A DNA stretch of 63,250 nt, counting the filler, from Octopus bimaculoides (Eukaryota): assembly GCF_001194135.2 (NCBI RefSeq). It is 6 parts of 4 records of this genome, joined end to end, with 100 filler letters (N's around TTAATTAATTAA, not from the genome) between each part and the next. Parts side by side here need not be neighbours in the genome. Positions count along the whole stretch, not along the records: positions 1 to 30,610 come from NC_068993.1; 5 more parts are not named here. The stretch is one strand, 5' to 3'. Below, piece after piece: positions 1 through 11,272 of this stretch. The translations under genes were made by a program, and so were the position numbers. Under the pieces are notes generated by a model. It was not told the origin of the DNA and searched no databases. It saw only the letters and a program-made list of their open reading frames with translations. Position 1 is the stretch's first letter. Every line of letters begins with the position of its first letter.

Positions 1-291
1 GAAGAGCCATTTTAACGATGCGTACTGCCCTACTCTTCGAAACGCCTGTGTTAGAATGGGGGTAGCTGATGAAGGAAAATGTTCTCTATGTGGCCTGTGT
101 GTGTTCTGTACTCTGGTTATTATTATTTTTTTGTCTACGTTTTGTTTGCAATGTCCTGTACCCAGATATGAACCTATATATACAGGTAGACGTAGGTATG
201 CACATACTGTACGTATATATGCATATACTCATTTGTTATTTGTTTTACATGATCGAACGCCCGCGTCATTCCCTGTAAGTAGTTTTTGAAC
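1..291 (+). mobile_element. Short interspersed repeat, probably a PLE terminal-repeat type; homologous to 38589-38800
   Basis: Shares cttcgaaacgcct..tttagaat..agctgatgaaggaaaa..ctgtaccc.gatatg..ctatata.acaggtaga.gtaggtatg with 38589-38800, and ends at (TA)n. Confidence 0.6.
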
Positions 292-312
292 TATATATAT
301 ATATATATATAT
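292..312. repeat. (TA)n microsatellite between two tail-to-tail elements
   Basis: Direct reading. Confidence 0.95.
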
Positions 313-560
313 CAACGATTTTTTTGCCAACCTAATGTGGCAGTTCCATTTTGGGACGAATGCTACTGTTGTTTAGACCCAGGAAACATCGTCTCCAGCT
401 CACTATACGACACATAATTAGTGTCCTTATATTTTGGAACAGGGGAGGATAGAACCCCCACCCAGCACAAAGCAGTATCTGTGGACCGTACAGTTTCGGG
501 GTTATTTCCCTTCGTCGGCACAGAATAACTCTGGCTGAGATGGCGCTGCTAAATACCCGT
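313..560 (-). mobile_element. Hammerhead-bearing short element, copy 1
   Basis: Direct repeat of 673-844 (offset ~356-359) and homologous to 53925-54122. Contains the hammerhead at 478-524. Confidence 0.7.
478..524 (-). ncRNA. Minimal type I hammerhead ribozyme variant (core CCGACGA)
   Basis: Minus strand reads UCUGUG-CCGACGA-AGGG AAAUAA CCCC-GAA-ACU GUAC GGU-C-CACAGA: stem I 6 bp, stem II 3 bp plus A.C, stem III 3 bp with palindromic GUAC loop, GUC cleavage triplet. Confidence 0.7.
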
Positions 561-672
561 TCAAAAATATATATAATTTTCTAAGTGACCCACAGTCACT
601 GATCTAATAAAATAGAAACATTATTGTTCCTAAATCTCTCAACCAGAGATATTCAGTAGCAGCACTTTAAAG

Positions 673-844
673 TAACGTTTTTTTGCCAACCTAATGTGAC
701 AATCCCATTTTGGGGTGAATGCTACAGTTGTTTAGCCCCAGAAGACATGGTCTCCAGCTCGCCATACGACACATAATTAGTGTCCTTATATTTTTGAACG
801 GAGGTTAGCACCCCCACCCAGTACAAAGCAGTATTTGTGGACCG
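673..844 (-). mobile_element. Hammerhead-bearing short element, copy 2 (truncated inside stem III)
   Basis: ttttgccaacctaatgtg...aaagcagtat.tgtggaccg matches copy 1, then switches to SINE sequence. Confidence 0.7.
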
Positions 845-978
845 GCATTTAATTTATTGACTCCGAAAGGATGAAAGCAAAGTCGATTTCGGCGGAATTT
901 GAACTCAGAACGTAAAGACAGACGAAGTACCGCTAAGCATTTCGCCCGGCGTGCTAACGATTCTGCCAGCTCGCAGCT
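845..978 (-). mobile_element. SINE family A (5' part)
   Basis: Reverse complement of the ggcgagctggcagaa.cgttagcacgccgggcgaaatgcttagcgg...gacttt.ctttcatcctttcgg motif seen many times in the window. Confidence 0.85.
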
Positions 979-996
979 TTCTTACTTGAAAATATT

Positions 997-1208
997 CGTT
1001 TGGGATTTTGGCCCAAGGCCAGCAAGTTTGGAAGAGACGTAACTCGATTACATCGATCCCCAGTACCCGACTGGTACTTGTTTTATCGACCCCGAAAGGA
1101 TGAACGACGAAATCGACCTCAGCAGAATTTGGACTCAGAACGTTAAAGCGGACGAAATGCCGCTAAGCATTTTGCCCAGCGGATTAACGCTTCTACCTGC
1201 TCGCTGCC
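997..1208 (-). mobile_element. SINE family A with 18-bp target-site duplication (TSD)
   Basis: Flanked by ttcttacttgaaaatatt (979-996) and ttcttacgtgaaaatact (1209-1226). Confidence 0.85.
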
Positions 1209-1504
1209 TTCTTACGTGAAAATACTGATAACAATACCGGAACATTGATTCCAATAAGCAGAACATTTTTAATTAATTAATAAGTTTGGGGCACCACTAC
1301 TTTTGATAACAATAACCGATTAATAACACTATCCATGATTATAGTAAACGACTCTATTTCAGTGATCATCAATTTTCAAGATTACGAAGTGTTTGCTAAT
1401 CAAATATGTACATATGCAAATGAAAACTACACACTTATACGCTAAAGCTATGCTTTATTTTAATCGTTATTATAGGTTCGCACGGGAAATCTATCACGTG
1501 ACTA

Positions 1505-1554
<50 letters not shown>

Positions 1555-3129
1555 ATGTATGTGTGTGAATGTTTGTCTATGTATGTAAGTGTGTTTGTGT
1601 TTGTGTGTGCCTGTGTCGTTGTTGTCGTTTGACAGCTCTTGATTGCCCCATTGTTAAAAGCATAACATATGAGAAATTCACGGTGCATAAGATAATTATC
1701 ATTAATGACTTCTTAAACCTGTTAATTACCGACCAGGTCATTCACATCTAATCTAAATACGTGTAAGTACGTGCTACTGAATAAGAAAGCCATATATTAG
1801 CTTTAGCGCTGAGTTTGAAAAGCCGATAAGAAAATATCAATGTCAATTTCACGGCCTCGGTTTGGATTACCACTTGTAGACATTTCATTTCACTAAGATT
1901 AATAACGACTTTCTTTCTTTTTTTAGAAAAGCATCATTGTCTAAAGGCCCTCTCTCCCTATCCTAAAAGTTGTCAATCCTTTGGAATTTACTTTCTCGTC
2001 CATAGTTTTCTCCCCACCGGTTTCCCAGCACTGATTTTCCGACCGGTCTTTCCCACCACTCATCTGTAGACGTCATCTTATAGATGTTCAGATTATGCAG
2101 TTTTGTAGTATCAGTGTCACAAATCATTAGCTAATTAATGAATAAGCTTCGCTGTCTTCCCTGATACGCTGAAAATAGGAGCAAAATGCTCTTAAAAGTC
2201 ACACTTTTCTAAAGTTTAAGAAAAGGTGTGAGACATAAGCTAATATAATTCTAGATATACTATATCTTAAAAGGAAAATAGAAACTAAACAAACCGAAAA
2301 TGTCTTTCTTGATAAATTTGATCAATGAAAGCTGGGCTGGGGCAAAACAGCGCAACAACTACAATAATACTATCAGCAGTCTCGGTGGGATTTCAACTCA
2401 GATCGCTACTCTTTTCTGATTAAACTATGAAAAGTATATCTTATTTAATCCCCCACCGAGCGCATTCTTCACCCCGACCTCTCTAAATTCAATGGCTTCT
2501 TTTACTATGATGTAATTAATTATGTACTTCATGCTCACTCAAACTTTTCGTGCCGCTTTTCTCTTCGTTGCATGTATTGTATCCATTCTCAAAGCCTGGC
2601 ACTAACCATTACGCTAAATCTTTCTTCCCTTAAGTGTCATCCTTCTGGTATTCTTTTCTCGCGTATGGTATTTTTCCCCTGCAGCTGTAGACTTTCAGAT
2701 GCCCAAGTTTAACATCAAACACAAGAATACAACCAGCTTCGATGAGCTTGTGAAGGCATTGAATGCAATCCTTTCGTTATGGGTTAACTTTCAAAATAAA
2801 ACGAGAAATTGATTGTGTGAATGATAGTAGTTTTACTCAAGTCTTGGGCCAAGACTATATTTCGTTCAGTCTCATTTCTGCAAGCAAACGCAGACAAAAT
2901 ATCTCGCAATACCAGGAATCTCTGTCCCCAATTAGCTTTGATTGGGTATGAAAGTTGGAATAATTAATGGTAAACTAAGAAAATAGATGCTAGAGCTTAC
3001 TACTTTAAGTCACTTTATCCGGATCCCTACGGGTTCTAGCAACTTGGTCCCCCATTTCTACTTTAGGAACAACGAGTGGTGTTCGTCAAAAGATTGCATT
3101 CCGCTTGAAATACATTAACAACAGTCCTG

Positions 3130-3340
3130 TTGCCTTACGACCACGAGATCGTGGTTTCGATTCCCGGACCGGGCGGTACATTGTGTTTTTCAGCAAAACA
3201 CTTCATTTCACGTTGTTCAATCCACTCGGTAAATGAGGAACCATGCGATGGGCTGGCGTCCCGTTCAGTAGAGGCTGTTCTCATCCCGGTCACTCATATC
3301 CATGGAAACTGGGTAACCGTCCCTATAAGTCCTCGGACAC
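3130..3340 (+). mobile_element. tRNA-derived SINE family D
   Basis: B-box-like ggtttcgattccc. The body gctggcgtcccgtt...ggaaactgggtaaccgtcc is shared with 44020-44160 (minus). Confidence 0.65.
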
Positions 3341-3707
3341 ATAACTGTAATATCCAGGGAATTATTTTTATTTTACGATCCCCAACTGAAATGAATTCCC
3401 TTACGCAAGTATCAATACAGAGTGAAGCGTAGACATCACGCAAATCACGTTGCTCTCTCTTATGAAATGTGTGACGTTGTAGCTAAGTAACAAATTAATA
3501 TTACAAAGAAAACTAAAAGCTCTTTTCTTTTAAGTAGCTTGACTAATGTTCGTCAACTAAGTACTTTAGAAATATATACCCCTTTACCATCTGTTCCACA
3601 TCAAGCATTTAACCCATAGGTAGGGTCCCCACAGGAATTCGAAGCTTTTATGAAGTCTATCCTGTAAAATACATTAGGCATATTACCTTCCATTTATAAT
3701 GGTCTGC

Positions 3708-3745
<38 letters not shown>

Positions 3746-4196
3746 TATATATGTATGCACACATACACACATATATGTGCACAGACACACACACACCCAT
3801 ATATATATNNNNNNNNNNNNNNNNNNNNNNNNNNNNNNNNNNNNNNNNNNNNNNNNNNNNNNNNNNNNNNNNNNNNNNNNNNNNNNNNNNNNNNNNNNNN
3901 NNNNNNNNNNNNNNNNNNNNNNNNNNNNNNNNNNNNNNNNNNNNNNNNNNNNNNNNNNNNNNNNNNNNNNNNNNNNNNNNNNNNNNNNNNNNNNNNNNNN
4001 NNNNNNNNNNNNNNNNNNNNNNNNNNNNNNNNNNNNNNNNNNNNNNNNNNNNNNNNNNNNNNNNNNNNNNNNNNNNNNNNNNNNNNNNNNNNNNNNNNNN
4101 NNNNNNNNNNNNNNNNNNNNNNNNNNNNNNNNNNNNNNNNNNNNNNNNNNNNNNNNNNNNNNNNNNNNNNNNNNNNNNNNNNNNNNNNNNNNNNNN

Positions 4197-4228
<32 letters not shown>

Positions 4229-4599
4229 GAGAGAGAAAGAGAGAGAGGAGGGAGAGAGGGAGCAATTTTCTACTGCGTTGTGAAAAAGGAAAGTCGATAA
4301 ACGAGTTGCATTTTTGAAATAGCAATTCCTGTATCAAAACATCTTTTTAAAAAAGTACAGAAGATATTCCTAATGATACAACGATAGCTCTAATATATGT
4401 TATTCGTATATACCGTTCATATTTGAGGTCTATGATGTATTGTATTCAATATTCTAGACTTTACATATTGTATCCTCGTACTTATGGCTCTGTCGCGACA
4501 TGACGGTTGTTGGTCAGGTCTGTGGTGGTGACGCTACTTGTCCAGCGGGCTTGAGGAACAAATACAACACAAATACGTACACAAACGCAAAGATATTTA

Positions 4600-4775
4600 C
4601 ATATTCACACATACACATGGGTGTGTGCATACCATGGGCTTCTTTCAGTTTCCGCCTTCCAAATCCATTCCCGAGAGTTATATTAGAAGATGCTTGCCTA
4701 AAGCGCATGCAGTGGAACTGAAACCAGAATTATTTGGTTGGGAAGCTAGCTTCTTACCACACAACCACCACGCGG
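4600..4775 (-). mobile_element. SINE family B (5' part)
   Basis: gggcttctttcagtttccg...gcagtggaactgaaacc...cttaccacac motif. Confidence 0.75.
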
Positions 4776-5092
4776 CGCTTGTGTGTAATTATAAAGTTGA
4801 GCCTGTTAGGTAATGTACTTATATAAAATTTCTGCTATCGTAGAAAGGTCAGTTTTTCATCTTTCTAGGGTGAGTCCAAAAGAAATATTCGTCATAATCA
4901 AAGAAAATCGTCTGCTGAATAGATCTGAGTTTTATCACAAGGACAAGCGCGTCTGTTGGCAACTTAGATCAATCGCATTTTGGCCATAAATGCCAGTCTT
5001 CTTAATCTACTTCTTTTAAATAGGATCTCTATTCTTAAACATATAAATAATTTATTGTACACACACTCACACTCACATACACACACACATAT

Positions 5093-5197
<105 letters not shown>

Positions 5198-5722
5198 TAC
5201 ATACATATACATATATGCATACACATACATGTGTAGATATCCATAAGTCCAGATATAGGTACGTATATATACATATGTTATACATATTATGTAAGTGCAC
5301 GCGCGCGCACACACGCGCATACACACTCACACACACTCATGCATACACACTCACACACACAAGAACTTTTGTGGTGTTCGAAAGCCTTTCCGGATTAGTA
5401 ATTTTTCGGAAGTAGGGGTCGTCGCCTTGGTCAACGCACTCTAAATTAAACAAATATTGAATCTAATTAAATAATTAAATGAAATACCGGTACCAGTACA
5501 TTAGAATAACATTATCAATACTATACTGAGTGAGGTACAAATCTGTGCAGGGCTGCAATAAACTAATCTGGCGGCCGCGGGAATTTGAATTTCTTGTTCG
5601 CAAATCAGTACGGACTATAAAAAGTTCAGGATCATCATTGTCCGTAAAATCGGCATTGTATCCGTATAAGCATATATACAAGTCTTCATCAAATTCCTGT
5701 AATGAGTGCTGCATATTACTTA

Positions 5723-6050
5723 GGAAGGCGCGTGGATTAGTGGTTAGGGTATTCGGCTCATGATAGTAACGTTGTGAGTTCAATTCCAGACGACTCATTG
5801 TGTCCTTGAGCAAGACACTTTATTTCACGTTGCTGCAATCCGCTCCGCTGGTAAAAATGAGTAGTACCTGTATTTCAAAAGGGCCAAATTTGTCAGATTC
5901 TGTGTCACGCTAAATATCCCTGAGAACTACGTTAAGGGTACCCGTATTTGTGAAGTGCTCAACCACTTGCATGTTAATTACACGAGCAGGCTGTTCCGTG
6001 AGCCGTCGATGGTTCAAATCGCTTCATCGATTCTGTACATCGCCAGTGAT
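5723..6050 (+). mobile_element. tRNA-derived SINE family C
   Basis: A-box tggattagtgg, B-box gttcaattcc, body gtgtccttgagcaagacac...gagaactacgttaagggta...ttaattacacgagcaggctgttccg. Confidence 0.85.
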
Positions 6051-6170
6051 CAAGACCTCTGAATCTCACGGGTCCTATCTACGACTGAGCTGTAGATATT
6101 TTGCTACCTTGGAGAAGCTACCATCTCACCGATATAAACATAGATACACTCATATTAGTAAAGAAAGTTC

Positions 6171-6392
6171 CAAGACGGCTTGGTGGCAGAATCGTTAGCA
6201 CGCCGGGCAACTTTCTTAGCGGTATTTCGTCCGTCTTTATGTTCTGAGTTCAAATGCCGCAGCAGTCGATTTTTGCCTTTTATCGTTTCGGAGCCGATAA
6301 CATAAAGTATCAGTTAAACACTGGGTCCATGTGATTGACTCACCCGCTACGTCGAACTTGCTAGTCTTACGCCAACATTTGAAATCATTATT
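6171..6392 (+). mobile_element. SINE family A
   Basis: tggcagaatcgttagcacgccgggc...gttctgagttcaaat motif. Confidence 0.8.
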
Positions 6393-7319
6393 AGCGAGAG
6401 TTTCCTCAACTTATAATAGTAGGAAAGAGTATCTGTCTACTTCAAGTATATATTAACAACCCTTTCCTCTGTAGTCTTCTTCGGAAACTCTAAATTCTAA
6501 GAGATGCTACAATTCTATACATATATGGTCAGTAGAAGTAATTCTAATGCTATGAACTTAATGCTAATTCTTTCATTCGGTTATATTGACCAGAAGTCGT
6601 TTTATAGTTACCAAAGGTCATTCAACCACTGCTTCCATGATAATCCATAGATTCGGCTACATTGAGAAGAGCTCTTTTAATGTGACCAAATATGATTCCA
6701 AGATTTAATGAATATTCTTTGATTCGGAAATATTGAAGCTGTCTTACTTTAAAATAGAGATATGTGATCTAAAAGCAATGAATGAGGGAGTATTTTTTTT
6801 TATGAATATTACCACATCTAGAAAACTAGAACGGGGTGTTTGGATATTCAATGTTCATAAACTCGCAGAATAGCATGGAAAAGAAAAGATTCCAAATGCA
6901 TGGTTGAATGAAGACAGAGAAGGACGAGGAGGAGGACGAGGAGAACGAGGGGAGGAAAGGGAGGAGAGGAGAAGATTAGGAGAGACGAGGAGGAGGAGGA
7001 GGAGCCAAAAAAAAAGGTATCAAAATTAGATTCTTAACTAACAAAGGTGTTTGCGGTCATGGTTATACGACACGGCGCATCTCATATTGGGAAAAATGTA
7101 TATGATGAATGAAGATAAATGGATGATATTCTCACTCCCCAAACATTGATGTACGTAAGTATCTGCATGTATGTATGTGTGTATATATGTATAGGTATTA
7201 TATGTGTGTGTGTGTGTATGTAGATATATATGTATATGTATATGCATAAATATATATGTATATGTATGTGTATATGTGTGTGTATGTGTCTGTGTTTATA
7301 TATAATACACACATACACC

Positions 7320-7362
<43 letters not shown>

Positions 7363-7543
7363 TACAAACATACACACACCTACACACATACATACATATA
7401 TATACACATATGTGCATCTACATGCTTATACATACATATATACATATATGTGTGTATATATATATGTATGCATGTGCATGTGTGTGTATGTGTGTGTGTA
7501 CGCGCGCGCGTGTGTGATTATTACTAATATTATCATCATCATT

Positions 7544-7658
7544 TAGGCGGCGAGCTGACAAGATCGTTACTGCGCCGGATAAAATGCTTAGCGGCATTTC
7601 TTCCGGCTTTACGTTCTGAGTTCAAATTCCGCCGATGTCGACTCTGTCCTTTATCCTC
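7544..7658 (+). mobile_element. SINE family A (5' part)
   Basis: taggcggcgagctg...gttctgagttcaaattccgccg. Confidence 0.8.
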
Positions 7659-8000
7659 TCTGTGTGTGTGTGTGTGTGTGTGTGTATTAAAATATAGACT
7701 GGAAAATTTGATACATTTTTAATTCCATGTTATACGTGTTTTATTTTAGTATAGGAAATATTTATGAACCTTTGAAGAATTACTGATAGGGGAGATTCTA
7801 TGCATATTTTCTGCATATATATATACACCTATTACGAATCTACTATATTAACATTATTACAATTACTGCCTCAACAACTACTGGGATGAGAGTTACTCAT
7901 TATTGCAATTTCGTCTTTCAGCAACTTGTATATTTCCACCTTTTCCAGCTCTTTGTCACCTACATGCACATATCCAGCTGTCGCAATATCTATAATCTTA

Positions 8001-8219
8001 GTAAGGCGGCGAGCTGGCAGAAACGTTAGCACGCCGGGCGAAATGCTTAGCGGTATTTCGTCTGCCGCTACATTCTGAGTTCAAATTCTGCCGAGGTCGA
8101 CTTTGCTTTTCATCCTTTCGAAGTCGATAAATTAAGTACCAGTTGCGTACTGGGGTAGATCTAATCGACTGGCCATCTCTCCGCAAAAAAATTCGGGCTT
8201 TGTGCCTGGGGTGGAAAAG
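8001..8219 (+). mobile_element. SINE family A with 16-bp TSD
   Basis: aatatctataatctta at 7985-8000 and 8220-8235. Confidence 0.9.
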
Positions 8220-8235
8220 AATATCTATAATCTTA

Positions 8236-8740
8236 AACGTTAGCATACCGGGCGAAATGCTTACGCACTGGGGTCGATATAATCGACTTAATCCGTTTGT
8301 CTGTCCTTGTTTGTCCCCTCTGTGAGTAGCCCCTTGTGGGCAGTAAAGAAATAGGTATTTCATCTGTTATTTATGTTCTGAGTTCAAATTCCGCCGAGGT
8401 CGACTTTGCCTTTCATCCCTTCGGGATCGATTAAATAAGTACCAGTTAGGCACTGGGGTCGATTTAATCGTCTTAATCNNNNNNNNNNNNGTGCCTAGAG
8501 TAAAAAAGAATATCTGAGCTGGCAGAATCGTTAGCACGCCGGCCGGAATGCTTAGCGGTATTTCGGCTGCTGTTACATTCTGAGTTTAAATTCCGCCGAG
8601 GTCGACTTTGCCTTTCATCCCTTCGGGATCGATTAAATAAGTACCAGTTAGGCACTGGGGTCGATTTAATCGTCTTAATCGCTTTGTTTGTCTTTGTTTG
8701 TCCCCTCTATGTTTAGTCTCCTGGGGGCAATAAAGAAATA
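8236..8740 (+). mobile_element. Cluster of partial SINE family A copies
   Basis: Three partial copies, one internally deleted; partly duplicated across a short gap. Confidence 0.8.
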
Positions 8741-8744
8741 AAAA

Positions 8745-8990
8745 AATCTTAGTTTTCTTTTTCCTTTTAGCCACCACATCAATGCCTGGTCTTCGGGCAT
8801 CTATTAAAGAGTCACACTGGATTGCAAAATCCCACACAATTTTATATTCATTATTCGCAATGATGTCTCCTGGTTCATGTTCGCACCATTTCCATGATCT
8901 TCCAAGACAGCACTTCTCACACAACCTCCAGTGAACAAACTTAGCCACGTTATCGTGTCCCTCTTTGTATTCCTTCTTTATCGTGCCTAC
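8745..8990 (-). mobile_element. R4/Dong-like non-LTR element, restriction-like endonuclease region fragment
   Basis: Translation GHDNVAKFVHWRLC...WCEHEP..I..N.EYKIVWDF.IQCD..I.ARRPGI.VV matches the RHD..A / WD / RRPD pattern of RLE-type LINEs. Confidence 0.8.
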
Positions 8991-9047
8991 TTTTGTATTC
9001 TTTTTGTATTCCTTATTATAAATACCATTATGTATTTTCCTGTACTT

Positions 9048-9165
9048 ATGGGGGCGCATGGCCTAGTGGCCAGGTTGTTGCACTCACGATTTATCGATCG
9101 TGATTTCAATTCTTAGACCGGGTGGTGCGTTGTGTTTTTGAGAAAAATACTTCATCTCACGCTCA
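9048..9165 (+). mobile_element. tRNA-derived SINE head
   Basis: ggcgcatggcctagtgg A-box, degenerate B-box, followed by gttgtgtttttgag. Confidence 0.65.
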
Positions 9166-9902
9166 TACGTTGTTTTCGACGGGAGAGTCCATCATATCGC
9201 AATGAAATACGTGTAACATGGAAGTAACAAACATGCCAAATTTTCCAGTCATTATTTTAATATATACTTACTCTATAAATATAATTCACCAGAACTTTCA
9301 ACTATTATGTATACTGCTTTTAAAATATAACATCTAAATACATACTGGAACGTGCAGATATGACTCACCAAGACACAGTTTGGATTATAACACCTTCTAT
9401 ACACTATATACATATATGCAAATGATACTTATATGTACTTATGTCATATATTCATGAACGTACGTGTGTATTTACGACTTTGAATATGCGGTTTAAGTAT
9501 TAGAGCTGCAACAAACGGCAGAGGATGTCTTCGGAAATGCAGACTGGCAAAACATCGAACAAATCTATGAAGTAAAAATATGTATATTCGAACAGAGAAA
9601 AAAGTTGATAGATAGATAGATAGATAGACAGACAGACAAGGAAGAGGAGGAGGAGGACGACGTCGACGATGACGATGACGTTTTGCAGAATGGAGAAAAC
9701 TTAATAATAACCGTGCAAGATTATAATTATTCGTCTTGTGACAACGTTTGAGTTGATCGACCATATTGGTAAGGTGATCAACGTCCACCAATATATTTTG
9801 TTGTTGTTGTTGCTGTTGCTGTTGTTGTTGTTTTTATTGCTGCTGCTGTTGTTGTTCTCATCTCCAACATCATTTTAATTCGGCCGACTTTATTAAAAGT
9901 TG

Positions 9903-9940
<38 letters not shown>

Positions 9941-10032
9941 TGATAGTAATAATAATGGGCGAGAAACTACAGATCAATGAATTAATGGGTCGTTAATGCA
10001 ACACATCTGTCTGTCCGTCTGTCTGTCTCCCC

Positions 10033-10064
<32 letters not shown>

Positions 10065-10825
10065 CACTTTCTCTCTTTCTCTGGTGTTGTAGTCATTCAA
10101 GCGAAGCTATCATTCACTAAATGAGACTAAAGTTTTTCATTCGTAGGAAATAACTGTTATGGTAAGAATTGTGAACGGACGGTCGTCGTTGGTGGTGGTC
10201 GTCGTGGTGTTCGGTGGTTGCTTAGAGGAGAAGCGAAGAGGCTAAGGGGATAGAATTTCGTGTGTGTGTGTGTAGATATACATTCTGTGTATGCAGGAAC
10301 TTATATATGTGCGCTAATGAGTATGTATGCGCGCGAGTGTGTGCGCGTTGTTTGTTTTTTTTTCTGTCACGGCGATAAATCTCATTTGATAACATTGAGA
10401 ATGAATACACACACACAAACAAAACGCACACAAACACACATACACATATACATAAATACACACATACGTATAAAGCATAAATGTATGTATTTACGTATAG
10501 CTATACACACACACTAAAACGATTCGTGTGTGGAGATATCCCATCAAATATGATTCAAAATTATTATGATAGAGACGCAAGAATGAAAAAATATTAAAAC
10601 TTTATGAAAACATGGGAAAACAGACGCGCACGCACATGCACACACACGCACGCACACACACATGCACGCAAATACACATGTATGTATTTGTGTGTCTCCC
10701 AATACACTTTTTGTAAATTGCTCAATATTCTAAAGTATGGCGAAAATATAATGCAATTCAAAAATGTCTCGTGATAAACATTCAAAATACGTTATGAATT
10801 ACTTGCAGATATGAATATTAATATA

Positions 10826-11050
10826 CTCTTTTTACTCTTTTACTTACTTCAGTCATTTGACTGTGGCCATGCTGGAGCACCGCCTTTAGTCGAAGAAATC
10901 GACCCCAGGACTTATTCTTTGTAAGCCTAGTACTTATTCTATCGGTCTCTTTTGACGAACGACTATGTTATGGTGACGTAAGCACACCACCATCGGTTGT
11001 CAAGTGATGTTGGGGGGACAAACACAGACACACAAACATATACACACACA

Positions 11051-11109
<59 letters not shown>

Positions 11110-11272
11110 GACGGGCTTCTTTCAGTTTCCGTCTACCAAATCCACTCACAAGGCTTTGGTCGGCCCTAGGCTATAGTAGAAGACACTTGCCCAAGGTGCC
11201 ACGCAGTGAGACTGAACCCAGAACCATGTGGTTGGTAAGCAAGCTACTTACCGCACATCCACTACTGCGCCT
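10826..11272 (-). mobile_element. SINE family B, near full length, with internal (CA)n/(TA)n
   Basis: Runs from the tail cttttact through gccatgctggagcaccgcc and gtttccgtctaccaaatcc to the tRNA-like head actgaaccc...ctgcgcc. Confidence 0.9.

Noticed and set aside
39-95. GAAAC...CUGAUGA (39-72, also 38593-38626) as a permuted type II hammerhead
   Set aside because: The spacer cannot form both stem III and stem I, and the hairpin after CUGAUGA (GGAA/UUCY) is not followed by GAAA in either copy.
5723-5800. tRNA-like sequences here and at 9048, 18650-18728, 19790-19870 and 25530 as tRNA genes
   Set aside because: They have A and B boxes but no complete cloverleaf, and they run into SINE bodies with TSDs.
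8375-8680. Near-identical ~105-bp duplication across a 12-N gap
   Set aside because: It shares private variants and flanks a short gap, so it is probably an unmerged contig overlap or allelic duplication.
9444-9791. 115-aa minus-strand ORF (MVDQLKRCHK...) and a possible 5' UTR-like region up to 10260
   Set aside because: It crosses (GAC), (GGA) and (TCTA) simple repeats and has no recognisable homology or splice support.
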